The notes: generated by a model from the sequence alone, not told the origin. 42,857 nt of DNA from an uncultured Verrucomicrobia subdivision 3 bacterium (GCA_903822015.1 CAIJNQ010000172.1:1-42857); one strand, 5' to 3'; shown: positions 8,006 to 18,218, counted from the stretch's first letter. Numbers and translations: made by a program.

Positions 8006-10984
8006 ATGCGATACAAAATTTCCATGAACTCCCTAAAAAATTCCTGCCACTGGTTTGGTTTGCTGCTCGTTTCCATCGCTTGCGCCTGTGCCGCCGCCGA
8101 CACCAACTCGCCGCGCGAGCATCTTTCGCTCGACGCGAACTGGAAATTTCATCTCGGTGACGACTGGCCGGGCGCGCTGAGGCTCGACAAGGCCGGCGCC
8201 AGCGGCGGCCCGGCGGCGGAAAAATTCAACGACAATTCCTGGCGCATACTGGACCTGCCGCACGACTGGGCGATCGAGCTGCCGTTTGACAAAAATGCCG
8301 ACGGCAGCCACGGTTTCAAGGCGGTCGGGCCGGGCTTTCCCCACAACAGCGTCGGCTGGTATCGCCGCACGTTTGAACTGCCGGCGGCCGACGCCGGCAA
8401 GCGCATCTGGCTGACGTTCGACGGCGCGTTCCGCGATACGACGGTCTGGGTCAATGGCTGGCTCGTGAAGCGGCACGAGGGCGGCTATTACCCGTTTCGC
8501 GAGGACATCACGGATGTGGCGCATTTTGGCGGCAAGAACGTCATCACGGTTAAGGTGGACGCGAGCAAGTTCGAAGGCTGGTTTTACGAGGGTGCGGGCA
8601 TCTACCGTCACGTCTGGCTGGACAAAACCGCGCCGGTGGCCATCGCGCCGGACGGGATTTTTGTTTCCTCAAAATTCCAAAACAATGTGCCGGGCAAGAC
8701 ATTTCAAATCCGAATTCAAACACAGTTACTAGATAAGCGTGTAAACAAAATGGAGACGCCAGCTGAAACCGTTGTACGCGATAAATCTTGGCAGGCTGAA
8801 CCAAAACCAGCAAATGTGGAGGTCTGGGTCAAACATGACGTTTTTGATCCCTCGGGTAAGCGAGTCGGGGGACTTTCAAGGAGCCTGCAGCTGACGCTAG
8901 CTTCAACGGTAGAGGATAATTCTGCAATCGGTTTAGAAGATCCAATCCTGTGGTCACCGGAAAATCCAAAACTTTACAAGCTCATTACGGCGGTGGAAGT
9001 GGATGGGAAAATTGTTGACTGCAAATTAACCGAGTTCGGCATCCGCACGTTTGCATTCGACCCGACGAACGGATTTCTGCTGAACGGCAAGCATTATGAA
9101 CTTTACGGCACCTGCAATCATCAGGACATGGCGGGCGTCGGCGCGGCGCTGCCGGATGCGCTGCAATCTTTTCGCGTCGCCAAATTAAAGGAGTTTGGCT
9201 GCAACGCCATCCGCACCTCGCACAATCCGCCCACGCCTGAGTTGCTCGATGCCTGCGACCGACTCGGCATGATCATCATGGACGAGAGCCGGCTGCTCGG
9301 CAGTGACAAAGAAAACTTGCAGAAGTGGGACGATCAAATCCGCCGCGACCGCAATCATGCCTGCGTCGGCATCTGGTCCATCGCCAACGAGGAATTTTCC
9401 GTGGAGGATTCGCCGCAGGGCGCCGCCGTCGCGCGCACAATGCAGGATTATGTGAAGCGGCTCGATCCGACGCGGCCGGTTACCTACGCCGCGCCGGAAG
9501 GCGACACGTTCGCGGGCATCAACGGCATCATTAACGTGCGCGGCTGGAACTATCACATCGGTCAGGGCATGGATGATTATCACGCCAAGCATCCCGAACA
9601 GCCGGAAGTCGGCACCGAACAGGCCAGCACCGTGGGCACTCGCGGCATTTATGCGAACGACCGGGAACGCGGTTATGTCAGCAGCTACGACAACGACCAT
9701 GTGCCCAGTTGGGGCAATTCTGCCGAGGCTTGGTGGAGTTTCTTCGGGGCTCGTCCCTGGCTCTCCGGCGGATTTGTCTGGACGGGTTTTGATTATCGCG
9801 GCGAGCCGACGCCTTATGGCTGGCCGTGCATCAACTCGCATTTCGGAATCCTCGACGTGTGCGGTTTCCCGAAGGACAATTTTTATTACTACCAGTCGTG
9901 GTGGACGACGAACACCGTTTTGCATCTGCTGCCGCACTGGAAGTGGGCGGGCAAGGAAGGCCAGGAAATCCGCGTGGAAGCGTTCAGCAACTGCAAGCAG
10001 GTGGAACTCTTCCTGAACGGCGCGTCGCTCGGCAAACAGGCGATGAAGCCGAATTCGCATCTGTCGTGGCAGGTGAAATACGCGCCGGGCACTTTGAGCG
10101 CGAAAGGTTTTGACGCCGCCGGCAAGGCCATTGCCGAAACAAAAGTGGAAACCACCGGCGAACCGGCGGCGGTCCAGCTTACGCCGAACCGCACGACCAT
10201 CAACGCCGACGGCGAGGATGTTTCCGTCATCACGGTTTCCGTGACCGACGCGCAAGGCCGCATCGTGCCGACGGCGGGAAGTAAAATTACTTTTGCCATT
10301 GAAGGCGCGGGGAAAATTCTCGGCGTCGGCAACGGCGATCCGAGCTGTCATGAGCCGGACACGTTCATCGCCCTGCCGACGGTGAAATCCATTCCGGTGA
10401 ATGGCTGGCGCTGGAAGCTCGCCGATGTGCCGTCGAAAGGTTCGCTCGTGCCGGAATACGGACCGGCCTTTGATGATTCAACCTGGACCACCATCAAGCC
10501 CAAAACCGACGGCGACACCGGCGACATGTTTTTGGCTGAAGGCCAGACGGCGATTTACCGGGCTCATGTCAACCTGACCGAGGCGGATCTCGCGTGTCTG
10601 GGCGCGCAGGTTCGTTTCGGCGGCATAGACGACCACGGCTGGATTTTTGTGAACAACCAGCGCGTCGGCGAATCCACTGACTGGGCATCGCAGCCGGCGT
10701 TTGACATCAGGAAAGCATTGCGCGCCGGTGACAATGTCATCGCCGTCGGCGTACTCAACGAATCCGGCCCGGGCGGACTTGATCCGGATGTGAACGTGGA
10801 GCTTCTCGGCAAACCGGTTCCGGCGGACTGGTCGCGCAGCGTCTTCAACGGCCTGGCCCAAATCATTGTGCAATCCACGAGGGACGCCGGTGAAATCAAG
10901 CTCACGGCGACGGCGGACGGCTTGACTCCGGCAACGGCGAACCTCCAGACACAGCCCGGCACGCCGCGCCCTGCCTTGCCGTAA
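8006..10984 (+). CDS. GH2 beta-galactosidase-like glycoside hydrolase
   Basis: LDLPHDWAIE, GWYRRTF, FDGAF, YEGAGIYRHVW, NHQD, NAIRTSHNPP, WSIANEE (acid/base), GTE (nucleophile), WTGFDYRGEPTP, GVGNGDP. Confidence 0.93.
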   Translation: MRYKISMNSLKNSCHWFGLLLVSIACACAAADTNSPREHLSLDANWKFHLGDDWPGALRLDKAGASGGPAAEKFNDNSWRILDLPHDWAIELPFDKNADGSHGFKAVGPGFPHNSVGWYRRTFELPAADAGKRIWLTFDGAFRDTTVWVNGWLVKRHEGGYYPFREDITDVAHFGGKNVITVKVDASKFEGWFYEGAGIYRHVWLDKTAPVAIAPDGIFVSSKFQNNVPGKTFQIRIQTQLLDKRVNKMETPAETVVRDKSWQAEPKPANVEVWVKHDVFDPSGKRVGGLSRSLQLTLASTVEDNSAIGLEDPILWSPENPKLYKLITAVEVDGKIVDCKLTEFGIRTFAFDPTNGFLLNGKHYELYGTCNHQDMAGVGAALPDALQSFRVAKLKEFGCNAIRTSHNPPTPELLDACDRLGMIIMDESRLLGSDKENLQKWDDQIRRDRNHACVGIWSIANEEFSVEDSPQGAAVARTMQDYVKRLDPTRPVTYAAPEGDTFAGINGIINVRGWNYHIGQGMDDYHAKHPEQPEVGTEQASTVGTRGIYANDRERGYVSSYDNDHVPSWGNSAEAWWSFFGARPWLSGGFVWTGFDYRGEPTPYGWPCINSHFGILDVCGFPKDNFYYYQSWWTTNTVLHLLPHWKWAGKEGQEIRVEAFSNCKQVELFLNGASLGKQAMKPNSHLSWQVKYAPGTLSAKGFDAAGKAIAETKVETTGEPAAVQLTPNRTTINADGEDVSVITVSVTDAQGRIVPTAGSKITFAIEGAGKILGVGNGDPSCHEPDTFIALPTVKSIPVNGWRWKLADVPSKGSLVPEYGPAFDDSTWTTIKPKTDGDTGDMFLAEGQTAIYRAHVNLTEADLACLGAQVRFGGIDDHGWIFVNNQRVGESTDWASQPAFDIRKALRAGDNVIAVGVLNESGPGGLDPDVNVELLGKPVPADWSRSVFNGLAQIIVQSTRDAGEIKLTATADGLTPATANLQTQPGTPRPALP

Positions 10985-11025
10985 AAAGATTTTTCACGGC
11001 ATCGGTTTCTTGTATTCTCGCGGCC

Positions 11026-13746
11026 ATGAATGCGAAAGCCATTCGGGCGCTGGTCGTATGTGCCACCGCATTATTGGGGTGCACCGCATTTGCCGCTGAC
11101 GAGACCTGTGCCGTGTGCGACCGGAAGATTGTCGTCGCCGGCGACTTCTGCCATTCGCGCGGGCAGGAAAATCCGGCGGTTCAGGGAGCGGCCCGGCAGG
11201 CCGATTTGGCGTTTCTCGAGGATGTTTCCGGTAAAAACTTTACGGTATCCATCCAGAATCTTCCGGCGGGGCGCTATACGCTGCAAATCGGCCTCGCGGA
11301 AATGGAGTACACCAACACCGGCCGGCGGGTGTTTGACATCACTTGCGGTGATCGGATTCTCGCCAGCCAACTGGACATTGTGGCAACTGCCGGCGGTGCG
11401 GGCAGGGTGCTTTATTTAACGAATGAGGTTGATCTTCCCGGTGATGCTTTGGGCGGTCCACTAACGGTTAATTTCACCGGCCGCATCGGCACGGCGAAGC
11501 TGAACACATTTGAGGTGCGGGACGCGGGGAATATTTCCCTGATTTCCATGCGGGCGGCGGACTTGGTGGCCGTTACTGATATGGCGGCGCTGAAAACGCC
11601 GGTGATCAACGGGCCGCAAATCTGGAAAGACCCGGCACAACCGGTGGTCGAACGCGTTCGCGACCTGGTCAGCCGGCTTTCCCTGGCGGAAAAGGTCCAG
11701 GAGATGCGCAACAGTGCCGCGGCGATTCCGCGGCTGGGCCTTCCGGCTTACGATTATTGGAACGAGTGTCTGCACGGCGTGGCGCGCGCCGGTCCGGCAA
11801 CGGTTTTTCCGCAGGCCATCGGCATGGCGGCGACGTGGGACGTGCCATTGGTGCTTTCGGAGGCCGACATCATCGCGACCGAAGCGCGTGCCAAGCACAA
11901 CGATTTCGTCGCCCGGCATGACGGCAACAGCGCGAGATATTACGGCCTGACGTTCTGGACGCCGAACATCAACATCTTCCGCGATCCGCGCTGGGGGCGC
12001 GGCCAGGAAACTTACGGGGAAGATCCGTTCCTCACCGCCCGGCTTGGGGTCTCCTTCATTCGCGGGTTGCAGGGCGACGATCCGAAATACATCAAGGCGA
12101 TGGCATGCGCCAAGCATTTTGCCGTTCACAGCGGCCCCGAATCGACGCGGCACGTTTTCGATGCGGATGTGCCGGAACGCGATTTTTACGAAACCTATCT
12201 GCCGCAATTTGAAGCCGCGGTTCGCGAAGGAAAAGTCGGCGCCGTGATGGGTGCTTACAATGCCGTCTATGGCCGGCCGGCCTGTGCGAATCCGTTATTG
12301 CTGACGAAAATCCTGCGCCGGGACTGGGGTTTTGACGGTCATGTGGTTTCGGACTGCGGTGCGATTTACGACATTTTTGCCAATCATAAATTTGTCGCCA
12401 CGCCGGAAGCGGCCGCCGCCGCCGCGGTGCAGGCCGGAGACGACCTCTGCTGCGGTGCTGATTACAACCCGCTGATACGCGCGGTCAAGGAGGGCTTGAT
12501 TTCAGAAAAGGAAATTGACGTGGCGCTGGGCCGGTTGTTCGCGGCGCGCTTCCGGCTGGGCATGTTTGATGCGCCCGGGAAAGTTTCCTTCGCGCAGATC
12601 CCGATTGCGGAGAACGACACGCCGGCGCATGAAGCGATGGCGCTGAAAGTTGCGCGCGAATCCATCGTGCTCCTAAAGAACAAGGGTGTGCTGCCGCTGG
12701 ATCGCACCCGCATCAAACGGATCGCCGTCATCGGCGGGAACGCGGATTCGGTGCCGGTGCTACTCGGTAATTACAACGGCATGCCCACCCGTCCGGTGAC
12801 GGTTTTGGACGGCATCAGAAGTATCGCCGGCACAAACATCGAGGTGATCTTCGAGCCCGGCTGTCCGCTGGCCTATCCCGCCGGCGGCGCCATCTATATT
12901 GATTCCGCCGGTTGGATGAAGGCAGTTCAGGCCGCGTGGCTGGCGGATGCGATTATTTATGTCGGCGGCATCAGTCCGAAACTTGAGGGCGAGGAAATGA
13001 AGGTGAACTACGAAGGTTTCAGTGGCGGCGACCGGTCGCGGATTGAATTGCCGGAAATTCAGACCGAATTCCTCCAAGCGCTACAAGCCAGCGGGCGGCC
13101 CGTGGTGTTTGTGAATTGCAGTGGCAGCGCCATGGCGATGCCGTGGGAAGCGGAAAATCTGCCCGCGATTGTGCAGGCTTGGTATCCCGGCGAGCAGGGC
13201 GGTCGCGCCGTGGCCGAGGTTTTGTTCGGAGACGTGAATCCAGCCGGCCGGCTGCCGGTCACATTTTACTGCGCCACGAAGGATCTGCCGGCGTTTGATG
13301 ATTACTCGATGGATAATCGCACCTACCGCTACTTTCAAGGAACACCGTTATTTGCCTTCGGCCACGGCTTGAGTTACACCAAATTTGATTACAGCGGCGC
13401 GCGGCTAAATGCCCCCCATTTCAGCGCCGGCGGCACGGTGAAGGTTTTGTTTACTGTGAAAAATTCCGGTGAGCGCGACGGCGACGAGGTGGCGCAGGTT
13501 TATTTCCGGCACGTCAATTCTGCGCAGCCGCAGGCGAAACTCGCCCTCTGCGGCTTCGCGCGGATTCATTTGGGTCAAGGCCAGGCCGCACATATTGCCC
13601 TGAGTGTGCCCATAGAGTACTTCCGTTATTGGGATATTCTTAAAAAAGCATACACGATTGAGCCCGGTGATTATGAAATCTTGATCGGCGCGTCCTCAGA
13701 TGACATCCGGGGGCGCGTCCCGCTGACCATTTCTGCTGTCAAATAA
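11026..13746 (+). CDS. GH3 beta-xylosidase/glucosidase with N-terminal malectin-like domain and C-terminal Fn3-like domain
   Basis: WNECLHG, WTPNINIFRDPRWGRGQETYGEDP, KHFAVH, VVSDCGAI nucleophile, AWYPGE, FGHGLSYT. N-terminal LAEMEYTNTGRRVFDI...LDIVATAGG is malectin-like. Confidence 0.93.
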   Translation: MNAKAIRALVVCATALLGCTAFAADETCAVCDRKIVVAGDFCHSRGQENPAVQGAARQADLAFLEDVSGKNFTVSIQNLPAGRYTLQIGLAEMEYTNTGRRVFDITCGDRILASQLDIVATAGGAGRVLYLTNEVDLPGDALGGPLTVNFTGRIGTAKLNTFEVRDAGNISLISMRAADLVAVTDMAALKTPVINGPQIWKDPAQPVVERVRDLVSRLSLAEKVQEMRNSAAAIPRLGLPAYDYWNECLHGVARAGPATVFPQAIGMAATWDVPLVLSEADIIATEARAKHNDFVARHDGNSARYYGLTFWTPNINIFRDPRWGRGQETYGEDPFLTARLGVSFIRGLQGDDPKYIKAMACAKHFAVHSGPESTRHVFDADVPERDFYETYLPQFEAAVREGKVGAVMGAYNAVYGRPACANPLLLTKILRRDWGFDGHVVSDCGAIYDIFANHKFVATPEAAAAAAVQAGDDLCCGADYNPLIRAVKEGLISEKEIDVALGRLFAARFRLGMFDAPGKVSFAQIPIAENDTPAHEAMALKVARESIVLLKNKGVLPLDRTRIKRIAVIGGNADSVPVLLGNYNGMPTRPVTVLDGIRSIAGTNIEVIFEPGCPLAYPAGGAIYIDSAGWMKAVQAAWLADAIIYVGGISPKLEGEEMKVNYEGFSGGDRSRIELPEIQTEFLQALQASGRPVVFVNCSGSAMAMPWEAENLPAIVQAWYPGEQGGRAVAEVLFGDVNPAGRLPVTFYCATKDLPAFDDYSMDNRTYRYFQGTPLFAFGHGLSYTKFDYSGARLNAPHFSAGGTVKVLFTVKNSGERDGDEVAQVYFRHVNSAQPQAKLALCGFARIHLGQGQAAHIALSVPIEYFRYWDILKKAYTIEPGDYEILIGASSDDIRGRVPLTISAVK

Positions 13747-13968
13747 TTCCATCGGTCAATGTCCTGCAATGATGCCCAAAAATTTCTTGCGACTGCGTGG
13801 GCTTCGGTAATTTGGCTTTCTTCGTATCGACCGTAAGCATCATCCGCGTCGTTGGGACAATGCCAGGGTTCGCTTTGGAGAAAATTTGCGGACTTCCAAT
13901 TGCCTTCCGGCGCGACGCAGGATCTGGCAGAAACCTCAACGGCTATCAAATCAGCTCGGGCGAAACGA

Positions 13969-16284
13969 TCAAGGCAGCCACTCGGCGCGATAGAACATCG
14001 CTGTGTTCGTCGCTGGCAGAACGATTTGCACCGGGTTGCTGGCCAGAAAATCAGTCTGAACCGTCTGCCAGTTGAGAAGATTGCCGCTGGCGAGAATGGC
14101 GTAATGCTGATTGGTTTGGCCGCCTAGCCAGAAGCTGAAAGAATTGGTGGTGGTTATCGTGGCCGATTGCAAGCTCGGCGGCGTGCCGCTGGGCAGAACA
14201 AACAAGGTGACGCTTTGAGCGGGCAGGGTGTTGCTGAACGTGCCGCCGGTGAAATTTAAATCGCTCAAACGGCTGATAATGCTCGCCGAGGTTAACTGCC
14301 AGACTTGCGCTGTGCCGGCGGGCAGGAAATTGGTGAGCGCAATATTAACCACTGCATTGGAGCCGATCTGTTTGTTGATGACCATGAGAGTCAAAGCGCC
14401 ATCTGTTGAACGCGTGGCGGCGAAGGTGGCGATGTAATCGGGGTTCGGACCGGCGGCGGAAACGCTGGTGTCACCGAAGGTGGATTTGCTGCCGTCGTAG
14501 TTGCGATAAATCTTCATTGCCAGGTAGGTCGGCGTGCCGGTCGTCGGCGTGGTCCAGCGGGTTGCCAAATCCAGATTTTCGCGACCGAAGATGCCCAGAA
14601 TGTCGGCTTGCGCGGTCGCGCCGCTGATGTCCGATTCCGCACCCCAGTTATATTCCGTGATGCCGATTTTGGTGCCTGGATAATAATTTGTGACCCAACT
14701 TTTCATGCGGGGAATCAACATGATGATATTGTTGATCCAGCTCGGATCCACATAAGAGGTGTCCCAGAATTGCCGCGTGGAGGCATTGCGGAGCAGGACG
14801 GTGGCGGCGTCGGCCGCGCTGGTGCCGACGCTCCCTTCCTGCGGATAACAGTGCAGGGTGAAATAATCGAGCAGCCGGACTCCCGTGTTGGTGTCATGCT
14901 GATGGAGCTGGTTCAACAGCCACGGCATGTAGTCCATGCCACCGTTGTTGGCGCGGTCAGTCCCTCCTGCATTTTGAATGTCGTAACCGCTGTTGAAATA
15001 TCCCGGCCAGCCCCATTCCTCCGGACCGCAAACCAGTGCGTTGGGATCGTTGGTTTTTACCATGCCGGCGTAGTCCACAATTTTACTGAAAATTTCCTGC
15101 ATTGTTGGCCCGACCGGATGCACGTCCTGATGTGTGGATTGCCAAAGCGAATGCTCATTGTCCATCAGATAAAATCCCACGCCGCCATTGGTGGAATTGC
15201 CCCAAGTATTGATCAGGTGCTGGACGTAACCTTGCTGGAAGGCCGAATTGACCGGGACGTTGGCATCGTTGGGGTCGTTCCAGGTGATGGGCTTGTTGCT
15301 GTTGGTGCTGCTGATGCCGTTGCCGGCGTCAGGCATCCAGGAAGAGTCGCTGCCGGCCTGCGGACCATACTTGGTGATGGAATAGCTGGCCAGTTTGCCG
15401 CGACCCGGTCCAAGCTTGGGCGCCCAGCCAATCATTGGGATGGTGATCATCGCCTGCGCGCCGCCGCTTTTGCTGCCGGACACAAACGAATCCGCACTCG
15501 CGGCCGGTGTGGCGCTGCCGTCATCAATGCTTTCAAAATACCAGTCGGCGGCGTGGTTGTGGGCATTGAGCTGCCAATTGTAGGACGTCTCCGAATTGCC
15601 GCCGGAACGATTCATCGTGAAATTCAAATCCTGCAACTGGCTGGCGGAGGCGAAGGCCGTGCCGTAAATCTGCGGATTGATGGCATGCCGGTTCAACTGG
15701 GCGTTGACCGTGATGGTCACCGGCGCACCGGTGTTGGTTGTTGCACCGGTGGAAACCAAGGCGATGTCGTCCGCATAGAATGTCGGCTCGGCAGCGCCGA
15801 CCGAATCCTGAATGACAAACCCATTGAAATTGGCCAGGCCGGCCACCCCTATCGCCGAGAGCGGCACCGAATACTGCTGCCAGGTGCCGGCCGGCGGTGA
15901 TGCCAGAGAGTAGCGTTGACTCAAGCTGAAACCGTTTGTGGTTCCGAGATGCACCAACCCATATACTTGCAGATGCTGGCCACCGCTGGCACCGCCGTGA
16001 AGCCAGAAGCTGATGCTCGCGTAAGGCGTGGAATCCATGTCAGGATGATAGATCTGGAGACCCTGCCAGGCACCGGCGGTTACGCTGATCGAATCACTGC
16101 CGGAATGTACCGGTGTCGTGTTGGCGTAGTTCCGGGTGGCCCAACCCCAGTCCTCCCAGCCGGTTTGTAGCGAGTCGGTGTAGACCGCCTGATCCGCTTC
16201 CGCACAAAGACAGGCTACCGCGAACAACAGGCACACCAGAACTTGCAGGCAATCATTTTCCGGCTGGAAGCTGCGATTCTTCAT
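13969..16284 (-). CDS. Secreted GH44 endoglucanase/xyloglucanase with N-terminal CBM-like domain and C-terminal FYR domain
   Basis: AINPQIYG, NRSGGN..SYNWQLNAHN.AADWYFE, MDNEHSLW..THQDVHP, GPEEWGW, LDYFTLHCYP, GITEYNWG, AQADILGIFGRE, YRNYDG. Confidence 0.9.
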   Translation of the reverse strand: MKNRSFQPENDCLQVLVCLLFAVACLCAEADQAVYTDSLQTGWEDWGWATRNYANTTPVHSGSDSISVTAGAWQGLQIYHPDMDSTPYASISFWLHGGASGGQHLQVYGLVHLGTTNGFSLSQRYSLASPPAGTWQQYSVPLSAIGVAGLANFNGFVIQDSVGAAEPTFYADDIALVSTGATTNTGAPVTITVNAQLNRHAINPQIYGTAFASASQLQDLNFTMNRSGGNSETSYNWQLNAHNHAADWYFESIDDGSATPAASADSFVSGSKSGGAQAMITIPMIGWAPKLGPGRGKLASYSITKYGPQAGSDSSWMPDAGNGISSTNSNKPITWNDPNDANVPVNSAFQQGYVQHLINTWGNSTNGGVGFYLMDNEHSLWQSTHQDVHPVGPTMQEIFSKIVDYAGMVKTNDPNALVCGPEEWGWPGYFNSGYDIQNAGGTDRANNGGMDYMPWLLNQLHQHDTNTGVRLLDYFTLHCYPQEGSVGTSAADAATVLLRNASTRQFWDTSYVDPSWINNIIMLIPRMKSWVTNYYPGTKIGITEYNWGAESDISGATAQADILGIFGRENLDLATRWTTPTTGTPTYLAMKIYRNYDGSKSTFGDTSVSAAGPNPDYIATFAATRSTDGALTLMVINKQIGSNAVVNIALTNFLPAGTAQVWQLTSASIISRLSDLNFTGGTFSNTLPAQSVTLFVLPSGTPPSLQSATITTTNSFSFWLGGQTNQHYAILASGNLLNWQTVQTDFLASNPVQIVLPATNTAMFYRAEWLP

Positions 16285-16571
16285 ATTATTGAATATCCCA
16301 CATTTTACAATGGTTCGCTATCATCTATTTGCATGACAATGCCGACATTATAAGTGGGTGACCTTAGAAAACCATAAGTGCGCGCATTCTTGTATGTAGC
16401 CGGAGCAGATGGTGTTTGCGGGAAAAGGTATGGACCTAAATTCTACGTCCTAAAAGTGCCTGTTCAAAAACGCTTGCGAAAAGGCTTGCCCCTAAACTAC
16501 ACCCGACCAAAATTGGTGCGAGTGCTGATGTTTTGGATCGTATTGGTTATCCATTTATTTTCAGCTTTGAT

Positions 16572-16647
16572 GGGCCCGTAGCTCAGCGGTTAGAGCAGGC
16601 GACTCATAATCGCTTGGTCCCCGGTTCAAATCCGGGCGGGCCCACCA
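16572..16647 (+). tRNA. tRNA-Ile2 (anticodon CAT, lysidine-modified type), CCA encoded
   Basis: GGGCCCG/CGGGCCC acceptor stem, TAGCTCAGCGGTTAGAGCA D arm, GGCGA-CTCATAA-TCGCT anticodon arm, GGTTCAAATCC T arm, ACCA end. The anticodon arm matches the enterobacterial ileX-type tRNA as recalled, rather than tRNA-Met. Confidence 0.93.
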
Positions 16648-16679
16648 TCTGAAAGGCGTATTCCAACCCTGAAATTTTG

Positions 16680-18212
16680 ATGAGCCAAAGCAATCCGAGC
16701 GCGCCTGGGCGTTTCAAAAAATTTCTTCTGAAATTTCATGTGATGGGTAGCGCGCCACGCGAACTATGGATTATTTACGCGGCTTACATCCTGGAAAATC
16801 TGGCCTACAAGCTCGGCTCGCAAGGTGTGTTACCGCTGTGGCTGTCGTCAGATTTGGGCTATAGCGATGTCAAAGCCGGCGCGATGATAGCGACGTGGTC
16901 GGCGGTGATGACGCTGGTGACGGTGATGGTCGGTTCGCTGGCGGACGCGTTGGGCGTGCGCAAAACTTTCATGCTCGGCTTCTGGGTTTGCCTGATTGCG
17001 CGCAGTGTGATGGCGCTGACAATTTCCCGGTGGGTGGTCCTCCCGTTCGGCCTTTATCTGGATGCGGTGGGCATTGCCCTGCTGATTCCGGTGATGACGG
17101 TGGCGTGCAAGCGATATACCAACGCCGCGCAACGGTCCGTCGCGTTCTCGCTCTATTACGCGCTGATGAACCTGGGCTATGCGATGGGCGACAAAATCTT
17201 TGACCGCCTACGCGGCGCCCACGGTATGGGCGAAATTGGTCATTGGACCCTGCCGGGATTGGGCATCGAGTTGACCACTTATCGGGTTTTAATTTTATTG
17301 GGCGTGGCGTTTACGATTCCCGGGTTGATCACCGTCTGGCTGTTTGTGCGCGAAGGAGTGGAGATGACGGAAACGGGGGTGAAGATCACTCCGCCCAAAG
17401 CGGCGGTAAAATCCGGTGTCAATCCCGTTGTGGTGTTGTGGCGGAGTTGTGGTGAGACTTCGGTTAAGACGGCGGCCATTTTTAAGAGTTTGTGGCAGCG
17501 GCCGGAGTTTTACCGGTTCCTGATCTTCATGACCATGGTGGTGGGGGTGCGGATGATTTTTTATCATCTGGCCTTCACCTTCCCGAAATACGGCATCCGC
17601 GAACTCGGTGCCGGCGCGCCGTTCGCGCATTTGAGCGGCATGCTGAATTCGCTGCTGATCGTGGTGCTGGTGCCGATCTGCGGGGTGCTGACGCAGAAAA
17701 TCGCCGCCTACCGCATGGTGACGATCGGCAGCCTGATTTCGGCGCTCTCGGTCTTTTTCATCGCGCTGCCGCCGGCCTGGTTCCAGACGCTGGCGGACGG
17801 CTGGCTGGGCAATTTCGTCGTGCATGACTGGCTTGAAGTGCCGGGGCCGGTCAACCCGCTTTATATTTCGATGTTCTTTTTTGTGGTGATGCTTTCGGTC
17901 GGGGAAGCCCTGTGGTCGCCGCGCCTGTACGAATATGCCGCCGCCGTCGCGCCGAAAGGCCATGAAGCCTCCTACATGGCGCTGTCGCTGCTGCCGATGT
18001 TCCTCGCCAAATTTGTCGTGGGCGGCATTTCGGGCTGGATGCTTTCCGTTTATTGTCCCGCCACCGGTCCCCGCCACTCGGAAACCATGTGGTTCATCAT
18101 CGGCTGCATGGCCCTGGTCACACCGGTGGGAACCTTTCTGTTCCGCAAGCAAATCCAGGTGCACGAAGAAGGCCGCGACGAGCCGGCGGACCAACAAAAG
18201 ACCGGCGCGTGA
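16680..18212 (+). CDS. MFS transporter (POT/peptide-like), candidate muropeptide or amino-sugar permease
   Basis: About 12 hydrophobic segments, MFS motif A GSLADALGVRK, AFSLYYALMNLG, GEALWSPRLYEY...APKG.EASYM. Substrate inferred from context only. Confidence 0.85.
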   Translation: MSQSNPSAPGRFKKFLLKFHVMGSAPRELWIIYAAYILENLAYKLGSQGVLPLWLSSDLGYSDVKAGAMIATWSAVMTLVTVMVGSLADALGVRKTFMLGFWVCLIARSVMALTISRWVVLPFGLYLDAVGIALLIPVMTVACKRYTNAAQRSVAFSLYYALMNLGYAMGDKIFDRLRGAHGMGEIGHWTLPGLGIELTTYRVLILLGVAFTIPGLITVWLFVREGVEMTETGVKITPPKAAVKSGVNPVVVLWRSCGETSVKTAAIFKSLWQRPEFYRFLIFMTMVVGVRMIFYHLAFTFPKYGIRELGAGAPFAHLSGMLNSLLIVVLVPICGVLTQKIAAYRMVTIGSLISALSVFFIALPPAWFQTLADGWLGNFVVHDWLEVPGPVNPLYISMFFFVVMLSVGEALWSPRLYEYAAAVAPKGHEASYMALSLLPMFLAKFVVGGISGWMLSVYCPATGPRHSETMWFIIGCMALVTPVGTFLFRKQIQVHEEGRDEPADQQKTGA

Positions 18213-18218
18213 CGGAGC

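Noticed and set aside
8665-9035. Diversity-generating retroelement target
   Set aside because: No template repeat or reverse transcriptase in the window, and the patch is A-rich rather than A-depleted.
13739-13939. Possible glycosidase N-terminal remnant (LTVDTKK...EIFGH)
   Set aside because: Resemblance is too short and weak to support a pseudogene call.
14608-15900. 430-aa ORF opposite GH44, and similar shadows at 9185-10351, 7025-7957, 17295-18197, 39976-40878 and 41192-42088
   Set aside because: Fully antisense to well-supported genes, with no family motifs.
16572-16647. tRNA-Met call, or tRNA as an island integration site
   Set aside because: Sequence fits the Ile2 type; no integrase and no duplicated tRNA 3' end seen in the window.
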